Shown: positions 47,532 to 57,848, numbered from the stretch's first letter. The stretch is 64,000 nt of DNA from Longimicrobiales bacterium (GCA_965197725.1 CBDANQ010000058.1:84496-148495); one strand, 5' to 3'. The notes: generated from the letters alone by a model not told the origin. Numbers and translations: made by a program.

Positions 47532-47782
47532 TCGTCGCCATCGGCGGCGTGGTCGGCCTGGTCATCATCGCAGCTGGCCTTGGACGGTCGGAGCCGGTGT
47601 CACGGACCAGCGTAGCTTCATGACTGGTCAGCAGGAGTCATCAACTCATGACGGGCGTGCAACTCCGCGGGGACCGGGTCGACGCCGCCCTATCTCGAAC
47701 CAGCGGGCGTAGCGTGGTGAGCGTGTCGTTGCTTCGTCATCTGGCGATGCACGGCTCTGTGTTTCGGGGAACATTTTTTCCC

Positions 47783-47811
47783 TTGCCTTTCCTGGTGGCC
47801 CCTCATAAGCT
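47783..47811 (+). promoter_or_regulatory. Putative sigma70 promoter of PQQ gene B
   Basis: TTGCCT-17bp-TAAGCT, ending 47 bp before the ATG. Confidence 0.6.
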
Positions 47812-47857
47812 CTTGTCCCCATTGTCCCTTTAATTCTGCAATTCTGCGAGGAAGAAG

Positions 47858-49921
47858 ATGATGAGACCAGACCTGCGGCTCGTGCTGCAATCGACGTCCG
47901 CGCTGTGCTCGGCCCTGGCGCTCGCGGTCCTCTTGGTCGCACCGGCCTCTGCCTTGTCCCAGGACCGAGGCAGCCCGGAAGGGGAATGGCGCTACCAGAG
48001 TGGGGACGCCTGGGGCACCCGGTTTTCGCCCGCTGACCAGATCGACGCCAGCAACTTCGAGGACATAGAGGTGGGCTGGATCTGGAAAGCGGACAACTTC
48101 GGGCCCAACGTCGATACCCAATTCAAGTCGACGCCAAGCTACGTCGACGGCATGCTCTACACCCTGGCCGGCGCACGCCGTACGGTGGTCGCCATCGATC
48201 CGGCTACCGGGGAGACCTTGTGGACCTACCGCGAGCCCTTCACGCAGCGGTGGGAGCGCTCCATGCGGAAGAACTACGGCAAGGGCGTGGCGCACGGCGA
48301 GGTGGACGGCCGTGGCGTGATCTACTACATCAGCCCTGCCTTCTTCCTGCATGCCCTGGACGCGAAGACCGGCCAGCATCTGGAGAACTTTGGCAGGCGC
48401 GTGCCGATCGACGGATTCCCCAAGACCGGGGTGGTCGACCTCCTGGCGGACCTCGACAAGCCCTACGATGTGGAATACGGGGTTGACAAGGATGTCGGAT
48501 ACATCACCAGCTCCTCGCCCCCCATCGTCGTGAACGGTGTGGTGGTGGTGGGTAACTCCTCCGAGCAGGGCTACAACCAGACCCGCCGGGAGAACGTGGC
48601 TGGTGACATCCTGGCGTATGACGCCCGGACCGGGGAGCACATGTGGAAGTTCAACGTGATCCCGAGGCCGGGGGAGTTCGGGCACGAGACTTGGGAGAAC
48701 GACGCCTGGTCCTACACGGGCAACGTCGCCTCTTGGGCCCCCATGTCGGCCGACCTGGAGCGGGGGATCGTCTACATTCCCACCGACGCGCACACCAACG
48801 ACTACTACAAGGGCTACGCGCCGGGGGACAATCTTTTCGCCACCAGCCTCATCGCCCTCGACGTCCAGACCGGCGAGCGGGTGTGGCACTTCCAGACGGT
48901 ACACCACGACATCTGGAACTTAGACAATCCCAACGTCCCGATCGTGATGGACATCACGGTGGACGGACGCCGGATCCCGGCGGTGTCTCAGCCCACGAAA
49001 CAGGGTTTCCTGTACACGTTCAACCGGGAAACGGGCGAGCCGGTGTGGCCCATCGAGGAGCGCCCGGTTCCTGAGTCGAAGGTCCCTGGCGAGCAGACAT
49101 CGCCCACGCAGCCCTTCCCCACGTGGCCGGCTGCATACGAGAGGCAGGGGGTCAGCGAGGACGACCTCATCGATTTCACGCCAGAGCTCCGGCGGCAGGC
49201 CGTGGACATCGCCAGCGACTTCGAGATGGGACCCCTCTTCCTTCCGTCCCTGCACCGGGACAACCAGGACGGCAAGATCGCGTCACTCCACTGCCCTCAA
49301 AGTGCGGTGAACATCACGCACCCGACGTCCATGGACCCTGAAACGGGGATCATGTACGTCTCGTCCGCGTACAATTGTTATTCGAGATCCCTGGCGCCCG
49401 GCCATGAGATGGACGACCCCGAAGACCCCTTCAATACGGGCGTGACGGTCATGGACTGGGTCTCCGGCGGCCCAGGTGGCCTTACCGGCCCCCAGGGTCT
49501 CCCGATCTTTAAGCCTCCCTACAGCCGGATCACCGCCATCGACATGAACACGGGCGAGCACCTCTGGTGGGTCCCCAACGGGGACACGCCGGAGGCCATC
49601 AAGAACCATCCCGCCCTGCGCGGGGTGGATCTGCCCAACACCGGCCAGACCAGAGCGGCCGTCACGATGGTCACACGCAGCCTGCTCATCACGACTGAGG
49701 GCCAGAGGGGACGGCCTGTCCTCCATGCCCTCGACAAGAAGACCGGCGAGCGCCTGGGAACCGTCCAGCTTCCGGCCGCCGGCCAGTACGGCATGATGAC
49801 CTACATGCACGAAGGGTGGCAGTACATCGCGGTGCAGGTCGGGGGCGGGGGAGAGTTGTCGGGCTCGGGGCTGGTGGTGCTTGCGCTACCGGGTGCCGCC
49901 CAGGCAGAAGTGCACCACTAA
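47858..49921 (+). CDS. PQQ-binding beta-propeller, paralog B
   Basis: Near-identical to 45391-47460; has HHDIWNLD. Confidence 0.9.
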   Translation: MMRPDLRLVLQSTSALCSALALAVLLVAPASALSQDRGSPEGEWRYQSGDAWGTRFSPADQIDASNFEDIEVGWIWKADNFGPNVDTQFKSTPSYVDGMLYTLAGARRTVVAIDPATGETLWTYREPFTQRWERSMRKNYGKGVAHGEVDGRGVIYYISPAFFLHALDAKTGQHLENFGRRVPIDGFPKTGVVDLLADLDKPYDVEYGVDKDVGYITSSSPPIVVNGVVVVGNSSEQGYNQTRRENVAGDILAYDARTGEHMWKFNVIPRPGEFGHETWENDAWSYTGNVASWAPMSADLERGIVYIPTDAHTNDYYKGYAPGDNLFATSLIALDVQTGERVWHFQTVHHDIWNLDNPNVPIVMDITVDGRRIPAVSQPTKQGFLYTFNRETGEPVWPIEERPVPESKVPGEQTSPTQPFPTWPAAYERQGVSEDDLIDFTPELRRQAVDIASDFEMGPLFLPSLHRDNQDGKIASLHCPQSAVNITHPTSMDPETGIMYVSSAYNCYSRSLAPGHEMDDPEDPFNTGVTVMDWVSGGPGGLTGPQGLPIFKPPYSRITAIDMNTGEHLWWVPNGDTPEAIKNHPALRGVDLPNTGQTRAAVTMVTRSLLITTEGQRGRPVLHALDKKTGERLGTVQLPAAGQYGMMTYMHEGWQYIAVQVGGGGELSGSGLVVLALPGAAQAEVHH

Positions 49922-49950
49922 CCTACCCGCACGAAGAGCCGCATAGTCAA

Positions 49951-49992
49951 GGCCGGGCTCGGGGGGCTTTCTCTCATCCCCCGGGTCCGGCC
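49951..49992 (+). terminator. GC-rich hairpin after PQQ gene B
   Basis: Copy of the 47490-47531 hairpin. Confidence 0.6.
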
Positions 49993-50384
49993 AGAGACCA
50001 TCCCAGACGCGCGCCGCCGCCGTCCACAAGCGAATGCGCCCAGGGTCAGGACCGTCGCTCTCCTGGAACCTCTCCAATCCACCGGCCGACTCCTACGCCA
50101 CCGATGCCTTCTTGGGTGTGCCGTGATCGTCGTCGAAGGTCTGGCTAAAAGCGATCGGATCGCCGAACGGGAGGCGGGCGTCTGGGGGGCCGCGAAAGGC
50201 CTCTTCCGTCGCCGTCATCGGACCTAAATGCCCGGGGTCTGTCGTTCTTGACAGCTGACACGCGCCCGCTAGACTCTCCATCGGTTTAGCCCGGAGTTTG
50301 CTAATGCCCAAAGTTTAAGGGCTCCGCCCCCTTAAACTCAAACGTCGGTTGGCGTTGACTCGAGAGAGTAAGGGGGAGAAGGCC

Positions 50385-51164
50385 GTGGATCTGGGGATAG
50401 CGGGGAAACGGGCGCTGATTTGCGCGTCCAGCAAGGGTCTGGGTAAGGGCTGCGCGCTGGCGCTGGCGAGAGAGGGCGTGCACGTGACCATGAACGGGCG
50501 CACGCCGGAAACTCTGGAGGCGGCCGCAGAGGAAGCGCGGGCGCTGGCGTCCGGTGAGGTGCATGCCGTGTGCTGCGATATTACCACCGAGGAAGGCAGG
50601 GCAGAGGCCCTCGCGGTGGCCGGGCGTCTGGACATTCTGGTCAACAACGCCGGCGGGCCGCCGCCGGGGGATTTTCGCGACTGGGGCCGCGAGGATTGGC
50701 TGAGCGCGCTGAATGCCAACATGCTGACCCCCATCGAGCTCATCAAGGCCAGCGTCGATGGCATGTGCGAGCGGGACTTCGGACGCATCGTCAACATCAC
50801 CTCCAGCTCGGTGAAGTCTCCAATTCCCACGCTCGGGCTATCCAACGGCGCGCGCGCAGGGCTCACGGGTTTCGTGGCCGGCGTCGCGCGACAGGTGGTG
50901 GCCAAGGGTGTCACCATCAACGGCATCCTTCCCGGTTCCTTCGATACCGACCGGTTGCGATCGGGGATTCGCTACATCGCCGAGGCGTCGGGCCGGGATT
51001 TCGAGGAAGAGTTCGAACACCGCAAGAAATCCAATCCCGCCGGGCGCTATGGTTCTCCGGAAGAGTTCGGCGCGCTGTGCGCGTTTCTCTGCAGTGCGCA
51101 CGCGGGTTATATCAATGGTCAGAACATCGTCATCGATGGCGGGGGGTATCCCGGCACGCTCTGA
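50385..51164 (+). CDS. SDR family oxidoreductase
   Basis: MDLGIAGKRALICASSKGLG, ILVNNAGGPPPG, GRIVNITS, LSNGARAGL, YINGQNIVIDGG. Confidence 0.92.
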   Translation: MDLGIAGKRALICASSKGLGKGCALALAREGVHVTMNGRTPETLEAAAEEARALASGEVHAVCCDITTEEGRAEALAVAGRLDILVNNAGGPPPGDFRDWGREDWLSALNANMLTPIELIKASVDGMCERDFGRIVNITSSSVKSPIPTLGLSNGARAGLTGFVAGVARQVVAKGVTINGILPGSFDTDRLRSGIRYIAEASGRDFEEEFEHRKKSNPAGRYGSPEEFGALCAFLCSAHAGYINGQNIVIDGGGYPGTL

Positions 51165-51360
51165 TGGACACCACCGCATCTAACGACGATGGCATCAGCG
51201 CCTTTGGGGCCTTCACCACCGACCAGATGATGCTCACGTGGGTGCACTGGGAGTGCCTCATCTACTGCTTTGGCGAGTTCACAGAGACGAATACGCTCGC
51301 CCTGTTCCGGCAGCGATGAGTGTTGTCCCCCTTCGTAGTCACTCGGCATTCTGATCGCAT

Positions 51361-51453
51361 ATGGATCCCGTCACCCGCCTGAACGCAGCCCTAGAGGGTC
51401 GCTATCGCATCGAGCGTGAGCTAGGTGAAGAGTCTTCGTGGAAGGCGTGGTGA
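51361..51453 (+). pseudogene. N-terminal stub of a Ser/Thr protein kinase gene
   Basis: MDPVTRLNAALEGRYRIERELGE breaks inside the expected GxGGMxxVY loop, then runs into unrelated sequence and a stop. Confidence 0.75.
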
Positions 51454-51487
51454 TCGAGCACGCTCATACGGGAGTGAAACCAAGACC

Positions 51488-51742
51488 ATGACAATCTCAG
51501 GTCAGGACGCACGAGACTGGAAGGGGAAACTAGGAGATCGGATCGGGGCCCGGTGGCGGTGGTTGATCGTCGCGGCCCTGTTGTTATTTGCGTTCAACAA
51601 TCTTGTGGGTTTGGTCGTCGGTTCCCTGGGATTGATCGCTTTCGCCAACCGTATCGCCGGTCGTGTCCTGAGCGCGCGGAGAGTGGTTCAACAGGTCCAA
51701 CAGATTGTGAGCGATCCCGATGATCGCGGAAAAGAGGTGTGA
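51488..51742 (+). CDS. Small membrane protein
   Basis: 84 aa with a hydrophobic hairpin (WLIVAALLLFAFNNLVGLVVGSLGLIAF). Confidence 0.6.
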   Translation: MTISGQDARDWKGKLGDRIGARWRWLIVAALLLFAFNNLVGLVVGSLGLIAFANRIAGRVLSARRVVQQVQQIVSDPDDRGKEV

Positions 51743-51825
51743 CCCGCCAGATCCCCTGGCTGCGCGTCTTCGTGGAAGGCGTGGTGATCGTCGGCACGAA
51801 ACCTCCACGCCGGTCGAGCGGATAA
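51739..51825 (+). pseudogene. N-terminal stub of a membrane-anchored hypothetical gene
   Basis: GTGA-coupled start; MTRQIPWLRVFVEGVVIVG then breaks; 25 nt of it is repeated at 51432-51456. Confidence 0.6.
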
Positions 51826-51861
51826 GAGAGGAACAGCAAACCCCCAAACGAGGATGTCAGC

Positions 51862-52323
51862 CTGCGTGCTTCCCCGTTCTTCGTCCTTGGAATAGTGATG
51901 GGGCTCTCCGCCTGCCAAGATGACTCCACCGGCCTCGACGCCCCTACGACCTTCGCCACCGTGGTATTCAGCTACAGTGCATCGACCTCCACGGACCCAT
52001 CCGTCGCCGCTATGCACCCCCAGTGTGTGCAGGGCGTCAACGTCACGCACTTGCACGCGGGGTGGCACAACTTTCAGGCGTTCGCCCTCGCTGCGGTCGC
52101 ACCGGATCGTTGGGAGATCACCTTCACCGACGTTCCGGTTGGGTCCGAGCAGCGCATTCGCATCAGTGATCCCAATGCCTGCGCCCTGAATGCGACCGGA
52201 GCCAGCACGGACGGTGTATCCGCGAACGGCACACTCCTCACTCGCGTCGTGGATACGCCAGGCAGCGGGATCGAGCCGGGTCTGGCGTTTGAGGTGGCGG
52301 CTGACGGGAGCGTCACTCCGTAA
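51862..52323 (+). CDS. Hypothetical lipoprotein
   Basis: Lipobox LSAC preceded by a hydrophobic stretch; GAGGA RBS precedes a CTG at 51862, so the start is uncertain. Confidence 0.6.
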   Translation: MRASPFFVLGIVMGLSACQDDSTGLDAPTTFATVVFSYSASTSTDPSVAAMHPQCVQGVNVTHLHAGWHNFQAFALAAVAPDRWEITFTDVPVGSEQRIRISDPNACALNATGASTDGVSANGTLLTRVVDTPGSGIEPGLAFEVAADGSVTP

Positions 52324-52365
52324 CAAGGTCTCGCTCCTTGCTGACCTGTGCCGCATCTTGAGCGC

Positions 52366-52722
52366 ATGGACCCCATCACCCGCTACCGCCCAGTGGCACT
52401 GCTGATGTTGGTGCTGCATCTCACCGGTTGCCACTCGTGGCAACCCGTCACGGTTGGCCCTCGACAGCTAATCGAGGAAGAGCAGCCTGGCCAGATTCGG
52501 ATACTCCAAACAGACGGCATGCAGGTGCTCCTGGATGGTCCGACCATCCGCGACGACTCCATCGTCGGAATCCCCGGCGGTCTCCGCACCGAGACCGTAA
52601 GGATCGCGTTGAGCGATATCGGTTCGGTTGAAGTGAGGCGTGTCAGTACCCCGAAGACGGTGGGTACCGTCGTCCTAACGGCTGCTTTTGTCGTTGCTAT
52701 CGCCTCACCCAAGCGCAGATGA
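52366..52722 (+). CDS. Hypothetical lipoprotein
   Basis: MDPITRYRPVALLMLVLHLTGC lipobox; VEVRRVSTPKT followed by a hydrophobic C-terminus. Confidence 0.7.
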   Translation: MDPITRYRPVALLMLVLHLTGCHSWQPVTVGPRQLIEEEQPGQIRILQTDGMQVLLDGPTIRDDSIVGIPGGLRTETVRIALSDIGSVEVRRVSTPKTVGTVVLTAAFVVAIASPKRR

Positions 52723-53195
52723 TCAGCGAAGTTGACGGGAGCCTAGATCGAGGATCTGGTTGGCCGTGGGTGAGGGCAGCCTCAGCGCGAACTTTCTTCC
52801 GCACCGATCTGGAGCCGCCGGTAAGAGGTCAACACCCAGAAGTCGACAGCCGTGGAGGCCCCCGTGGATGAACTGAGGGCCGCAGAGTTCCAGGGCTTAC
52901 GTGCTGAGATCCAACAACGAACATCGTTTCAGCAACGCCTCGGCCGAGCCTGCGTAGGTCCGAGGGCTCTCGCCGAGCTCGGTCGCGACGATGCCTGCCG
53001 TGCCTGCTCTGTGGTAAGAAACGGAGTGACGCTTGAGGTCCCATTATGTACTCATCCCAAGCTGGGTCTTACGTAGAGACGAAGAAGGGGTCGTCGCCAA
53101 CGGTGAATTCACCTAGCAGAAGCCTCTGGCTATACTTGTTGGTCCCCAGAACTCAACGAGAGCCGCCGCCACCGCCCAGAGCGAGGCGCGCGTAT

Positions 53196-55433
53196 ATGAC
53201 AGAGTTGTCACGGAATCGCTCCACCTTCGTTCCATGGACCTGTGTCGTGTTGGCGGTGAACGCAGCCGCGGTGGCGGTCCCGCTAGCGGCTCAAGATGGC
53301 CGTCCGGTACGTGATGTCGCCGCTGTCTATGTCGAACAGAGCCCGGTAATCGACGGCGCCCTGGATGAGGCGACTTGGCGTGACGCGGCGCTACTCGATG
53401 CTTTTACCCAGCAGGAACCAGACGAAGGAGCCCCGTCCTCGGAGCGCACGGAGGTCCTGCTGATGTACGACCGGAGTGCGCTGTACCTGGGCTTGCGCGC
53501 GTTCGATTCGTCGCCGTCAGGGGTCACGGCCACCGAAATGAGGCGGGACTCCGACCGAATCCTGAGTGAGGACAACTTCCAGATCATCCTGGATACGTTC
53601 CGGGACGGCCGCTCGGGTTACATGTTCGTGACCAATCCGCTCGGCGCACAGCTGGACCAGCAGGTCTCCAACGAGGGCGAGGGCGTGAGAGCGGGAAGGG
53701 AAACCCCAAACATCAACCGCGACTGGGATGGCGTCTGGCACGTCGCCACGCGGCAGGCGCCCGAAGGCTGGACAGCCGAGATAGCGATCCCGTGGGTCAC
53801 GCTCCGATTCCCGGAGTCCGAGTCGCAGCGCTGGGGCATGAACCTCATGCGCAACATCGGGCGCAGGAATGAGCAGGCGTTCTGGGCCCCCATTCCCAAG
53901 CCCTACGAGATCGCGAAGGTGAGCCTCGCGGGCACGCTCACCGGCATCAGCTCACTCGCGCGTGGAAGAGATCTGCGCATCACGCCTTTCATCACGAGTG
54001 GCGCCAGCCGCGTCACGGACGCGGGGGTCGTTGACAACTCCTTCCAGCGTGATATGGGGATCGACGTCAAGTACGGACTGAGCGCCGGTCTCAACCTCGA
54101 CGTCACCGTAAATACCGACTTCGCCCAAGCCGAAGTCGACGACGAGCAGGTCAACCTGACCCGCTTCCCACTCTTCTTCCCCGAGAAGCGTGACTTTTTT
54201 CTAGAAAACTCGGGGCAGTTCAAGGTCGGTTCGACGGCAGGCTTCAGCCGGCTGGCCGAGCTGTTCTTCACGCGTCGCATAGGGCTGTCGCCGACGGGTG
54301 AGCAAGTCCCGATTCTCGCGGGCGCCCGGCTGACTGGTAAGGTCGGCAGAAACGACGTCGCGGTGTTGAACGTGCAGACCGACAACGCCTTTGGTCGATC
54401 GGGCGAGAACTTCCTGGTCACTAGATACAGTCGTCACTTCCTGTCCCGCTCGAGGGTCGGTGGTCTCTTCATCAACAAGAGCGAGACCGACGGCGACCAC
54501 TTCAATCGCACCTTCGCCGTCGACATGACGCTGGTGCCGAATGATGCTCTCACGGTCACGGGATTCATCGCGAAGACCGAAACGCCCGGCATAACGGACG
54601 GTGAGAGCGCCAGCTACCTGAACGCCACGTGGCTGGACCAGAATTGGCGGGTTTATGGCGAGTTCGCCGACTTCGGCGACAACTTCAACCCCGAGGTCGG
54701 CTTCCTGCCACGCAGGGGCATTCGCCAGAGCAGGCTGCACTTCGAAGGAAACCCGAGACCCGACCGCTTGGGCATCCGCGTCTTGGAGCCCATGGTGAAC
54801 ATGACCTACATCACCGACCAGCAGAACCGGCTGGTCACGCGTCGGTGGCACACGATGGTGGGTACCCGCTTCGACAACGGAGCCTCCTTCGTCGTCTGGT
54901 ACAACCTCCACTATCAGCGGCTCGACGAGCCGTTCTTCGTACAAGACGGAGTCGCGATCGCTCCGGGAGGATACGACTTCGGCGAGTGGCGCCTGTCGTT
55001 CGACAGCAATCCGGCACGACGCTTCTATTACGGGCTGAACTACTCACCGCAGAACTTCTACGACGGCACGCGCACGGACAAAACCGTGACACTCGGGACA
55101 CGGCTGTCGAGTAGACTCTCTGCCGAGGGGTCCTATGCACGCAACGACATCGAGCTGGCCGCGGCTGCGTTCGATGTCGAGCTCGCGTCCCTGCGCATCG
55201 ACTACGCGCTGTCGCCCGCGATGACCCTGCGCGCGATCACCCAGCACAACTCGGCGACGGAACAGTGGAGCACGAGCGCGCGCTTCCGCTACACGTACCG
55301 CCCCGGCAGCGACATCTATTTCGTGTACGACGAGTTGCGGCGCGACATCGACGACCCCACCGGCCTCGGCGTACTCAACGAGTACCGGGACCGGCGACTG
55401 ATCTTGAAGGTGACGCATCTGCTGACGCGATAG
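53196..55433 (+). CDS. CBM9-like domain plus DUF5916 outer-membrane protein
   Basis: Signal ending LAAQ; PVIDGALDE, IILDTFRD, GWTAEIAIPW, TVNTDFAQAEVD, FFPEKRDFFLE, FFTRRIG. Confidence 0.85.
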   Translation: MTELSRNRSTFVPWTCVVLAVNAAAVAVPLAAQDGRPVRDVAAVYVEQSPVIDGALDEATWRDAALLDAFTQQEPDEGAPSSERTEVLLMYDRSALYLGLRAFDSSPSGVTATEMRRDSDRILSEDNFQIILDTFRDGRSGYMFVTNPLGAQLDQQVSNEGEGVRAGRETPNINRDWDGVWHVATRQAPEGWTAEIAIPWVTLRFPESESQRWGMNLMRNIGRRNEQAFWAPIPKPYEIAKVSLAGTLTGISSLARGRDLRITPFITSGASRVTDAGVVDNSFQRDMGIDVKYGLSAGLNLDVTVNTDFAQAEVDDEQVNLTRFPLFFPEKRDFFLENSGQFKVGSTAGFSRLAELFFTRRIGLSPTGEQVPILAGARLTGKVGRNDVAVLNVQTDNAFGRSGENFLVTRYSRHFLSRSRVGGLFINKSETDGDHFNRTFAVDMTLVPNDALTVTGFIAKTETPGITDGESASYLNATWLDQNWRVYGEFADFGDNFNPEVGFLPRRGIRQSRLHFEGNPRPDRLGIRVLEPMVNMTYITDQQNRLVTRRWHTMVGTRFDNGASFVVWYNLHYQRLDEPFFVQDGVAIAPGGYDFGEWRLSFDSNPARRFYYGLNYSPQNFYDGTRTDKTVTLGTRLSSRLSAEGSYARNDIELAAAAFDVELASLRIDYALSPAMTLRAITQHNSATEQWSTSARFRYTYRPGSDIYFVYDELRRDIDDPTGLGVLNEYRDRRLILKVTHLLTR

Positions 55434-55567
55434 GGATTCCGCGGCTGGCAGGCTACGCAGCCGCGCCTCTGCAGGATTCCGTATCCGCCCATCGGGCGCG
55501 TGGCCTCGAGCAGACAATCATCCGGGTATTGGGTCGCCGCCGCCACCACCCACAACACTTTCGTGAG

Positions 55568-56926
55568 ATGAGCATGGAAACGCTGAACTCCTACAATCCC
55601 GCCACCGGTGAAGTCGTCGGGGAGGTTCCGGTAACCCCGGCTTCCGACATCCCGGCCGTAGTCGCGCGAGCCCGAGCCGCTCAATCTGCCTGGGAAGCTC
55701 TTGGCCTGGAAGAGCGTACGGAGCTCCTTCGACAGAGCAAGGAGATCTTCGCGGAACGCGCGGAAGCGCACGGCGAGCTCATGACCAAGGAGATGGGTAA
55801 GCCGCTCAACGAGGGCATCGGCGAAGCCAGGTCTCTGGCCTACATCGACCGCGAGCTCGACGAGATCGCGGCCGCTCTGCAGCCCGAGGTGGTCGAGGAC
55901 AAGCGTCTTCGTTCGACGGTGTATCACGATGCGCTCGGGATCGTCGGAGCGATCACACCGTGGAACTTCCCGATGTCGATGCCTGCCTGGATGGTGTTAC
56001 CAGCGCTGGCGGCCGGGAATACAGTAGTGTTCAAGCCGTCCGAAGAAACGCCTCTCTGCGGTCAGGCGTACGCCGACGTGCTCAACGAGGTGCTGTCCGA
56101 AGACGTGCTCATGGTCGTGCACGGCGCCGACGACCAGGGCAAGGCCATCGTACAGTCGGACGTGGACATGATCGCGTTCACCGGCTCCCGTGAGGTCGGC
56201 AAGCACATCATGCGGGAGGCGAGCGGTACGCTGAAGCGCGTCGTGCTCGAACTGGGCGGCAAGGATCCGATGATCGTGCTCGAGGACGCAGATATCGCGC
56301 GGGCGGCCAAGTTCGCGGCGCTGAACTCGTTCCGAAACGCCGGACAGGTTTGCGTCTCCACCGAACGCATCTGCGTACTCGACTCGATCGCCGACGAGTT
56401 CGAGTCCGCGCTAACCGACTTCGCGTCGGGGATGACCCAGGGTGACGGCATGGAGAACCCGGACGTCGGTCCGATGGTCAACGCCGGCCAGCGCGACCAC
56501 GTGTTGGCACAGGTCGATGCCGCAGTGGAAGCAGGCGCTACCGTGCTCGTCGGTGGCGAGGGCCATCGGGACAACTTCATCGTGCCGACGGTACTGGCGG
56601 GCGTCACTGAGAACATGGATATCGCGAGCACCGAGACTTTCGGTCCGGTGGCGTGCGTGACGCGCGTAGCCTCGGCCGACGAAGCGATCGACAGAGCGAA
56701 CGACACTCATTTCGGGCTCGGCGCCGTCGTGTTCGGGCAGGACGAAGCGAATACGGCTGCGGTGGCCCGGCGACTTACCGCGGGCATGATCGGCATGAAC
56801 AGCGCACCAGGAGGCGCCGTCGGTACCCCGTGGGTTGGCGCCCGCCAATCCGGGTTCGGATTCCACAAGTCCCCTGACGGGCACAAGCAATTCACTCAGA
56901 CCCGAGTGCTGACCACGCGAGCTTGA
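55568..56926 (+). CDS. NAD(P)-dependent aldehyde dehydrogenase
   Basis: ITPWNFP, FKPSEETP, FTGSREVG, LELGGKDP, NAGQVC, ETFGPV. Confidence 0.95.
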   Translation: MSMETLNSYNPATGEVVGEVPVTPASDIPAVVARARAAQSAWEALGLEERTELLRQSKEIFAERAEAHGELMTKEMGKPLNEGIGEARSLAYIDRELDEIAAALQPEVVEDKRLRSTVYHDALGIVGAITPWNFPMSMPAWMVLPALAAGNTVVFKPSEETPLCGQAYADVLNEVLSEDVLMVVHGADDQGKAIVQSDVDMIAFTGSREVGKHIMREASGTLKRVVLELGGKDPMIVLEDADIARAAKFAALNSFRNAGQVCVSTERICVLDSIADEFESALTDFASGMTQGDGMENPDVGPMVNAGQRDHVLAQVDAAVEAGATVLVGGEGHRDNFIVPTVLAGVTENMDIASTETFGPVACVTRVASADEAIDRANDTHFGLGAVVFGQDEANTAAVARRLTAGMIGMNSAPGGAVGTPWVGARQSGFGFHKSPDGHKQFTQTRVLTTRA

Positions 56927-56975
56927 TGGGGGCGCGTCATGTTTGCACTGGGCGAGTAGGCGACAGCGAGAGCCA

Positions 56976-57749
56976 ATGAGCGAGAGGCACCAGACTGGAG
57001 AGCCGGCAAGGCCACCGGGCGATGCAGAGCCCCTAGCGTATAGCTATCTCGCCCACCGGAAGGTGATCGGATACCTGGGCCTCGCATTGCCCCCCGTGCT
57101 GGTGCTTGTCGCGACGTTGAGGTCGACAAGGGAGATCCAGACCTCCATCAGCGCCTATTACTACACCGGGGCCGGAGCCGTCTTCGTTGGGGTTCTCTTC
57201 GCGATAGGGATCTTCTTGTTCTCATACCGAGGTTATAAGGGCCATCACGCTGACTGGTGGGCCGGAAAGGCGGCTTTCGGCTTCGCGATCGGCGTGGCGT
57301 TGTTCCCCACCGGACCTCCCGAAGGCGCTGCGGGGCCGCCGTGGTGGTCGCCGCCGTGGCTACACTACGTATCCGCCTTCCTCCTGTTCGCTGCCTTCAT
57401 CTTCTTCTCCGGCTGGCTGTTCACCAGAAGCACCACTGACCCCAAGGGCCCTTCGAGCGGAAAGAAGTCGCGAAACAAGGTCTACAGGAGGTGTGCGGGG
57501 GTGATGATCTCCTGCATCGTCGGCATTGCCGCGTACAGTTTCGCCGATTGGATGGGCGCGGTGCCAGCCGGCCTAGCGTGGTTCAGACCGGTGTTCCTTC
57601 TCGAGACGATCTTGCTCGGAGCGTTTTCCGTATCCTGGCTCGTGAAGGGTCGCGCGGAAAAGGAATGGGTCACTTGGATCGATTGGACGAGATCAGGAGG
57701 TCGGCGCTTGTGGGGATCCCTGAGAGCCGGGGGCACGGGACGACCCTAG
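56976..57749 (+). CDS. Integral membrane protein (DUF998-like)
   Basis: SYLAHRKVIGYLG, SISAYYYT, LFSYRGY, ALFPT, LHYVSA, SWLVKG; about 7 TM helices. Confidence 0.7.
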   Translation: MSERHQTGEPARPPGDAEPLAYSYLAHRKVIGYLGLALPPVLVLVATLRSTREIQTSISAYYYTGAGAVFVGVLFAIGIFLFSYRGYKGHHADWWAGKAAFGFAIGVALFPTGPPEGAAGPPWWSPPWLHYVSAFLLFAAFIFFSGWLFTRSTTDPKGPSSGKKSRNKVYRRCAGVMISCIVGIAAYSFADWMGAVPAGLAWFRPVFLLETILLGAFSVSWLVKGRAEKEWVTWIDWTRSGGRRLWGSLRAGGTGRP

Positions 57750-57848
57750 CTACGGCCAGCTACCAGATCCGCACGAGGTTGCGCCGGTCCAGACCTCGGG
57801 TGTTTGAGATGTACGGCCCTTGCTCGCCCCCGTCGGTCGCGATCCGAG

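Larger units (their letters stand above)
45172..49992. repeat. Tandem duplication of about 2.4 kb (upstream block, PQQ gene, terminator)
   Basis: Units about 45172-47531 and 47544-49992 share a ~120-bp upstream block, the CDS and the downstream hairpin. Confidence 0.9.

Noticed and set aside
45391..49921. Diversity-generating retroelement explaining paralog differences (also the NHL pair)
   Set aside because: Differences are not confined to adenines (e.g. GGGGTG vs CACACC), both copies are full genes, and no reverse transcriptase is present
49993..50340. Short minus-strand ORFs and a 9-bp hairpin near 50313-50337
   Set aside because: No recognisable family or RNA motif; possibly further relics but unsupported
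51300..53100. Integron attC cassette array
   Set aside because: No paired RYYYAAC/GTTRRRY boxes or attC-like palindromes and no intI; TAACAA at 52321 alone is insufficient
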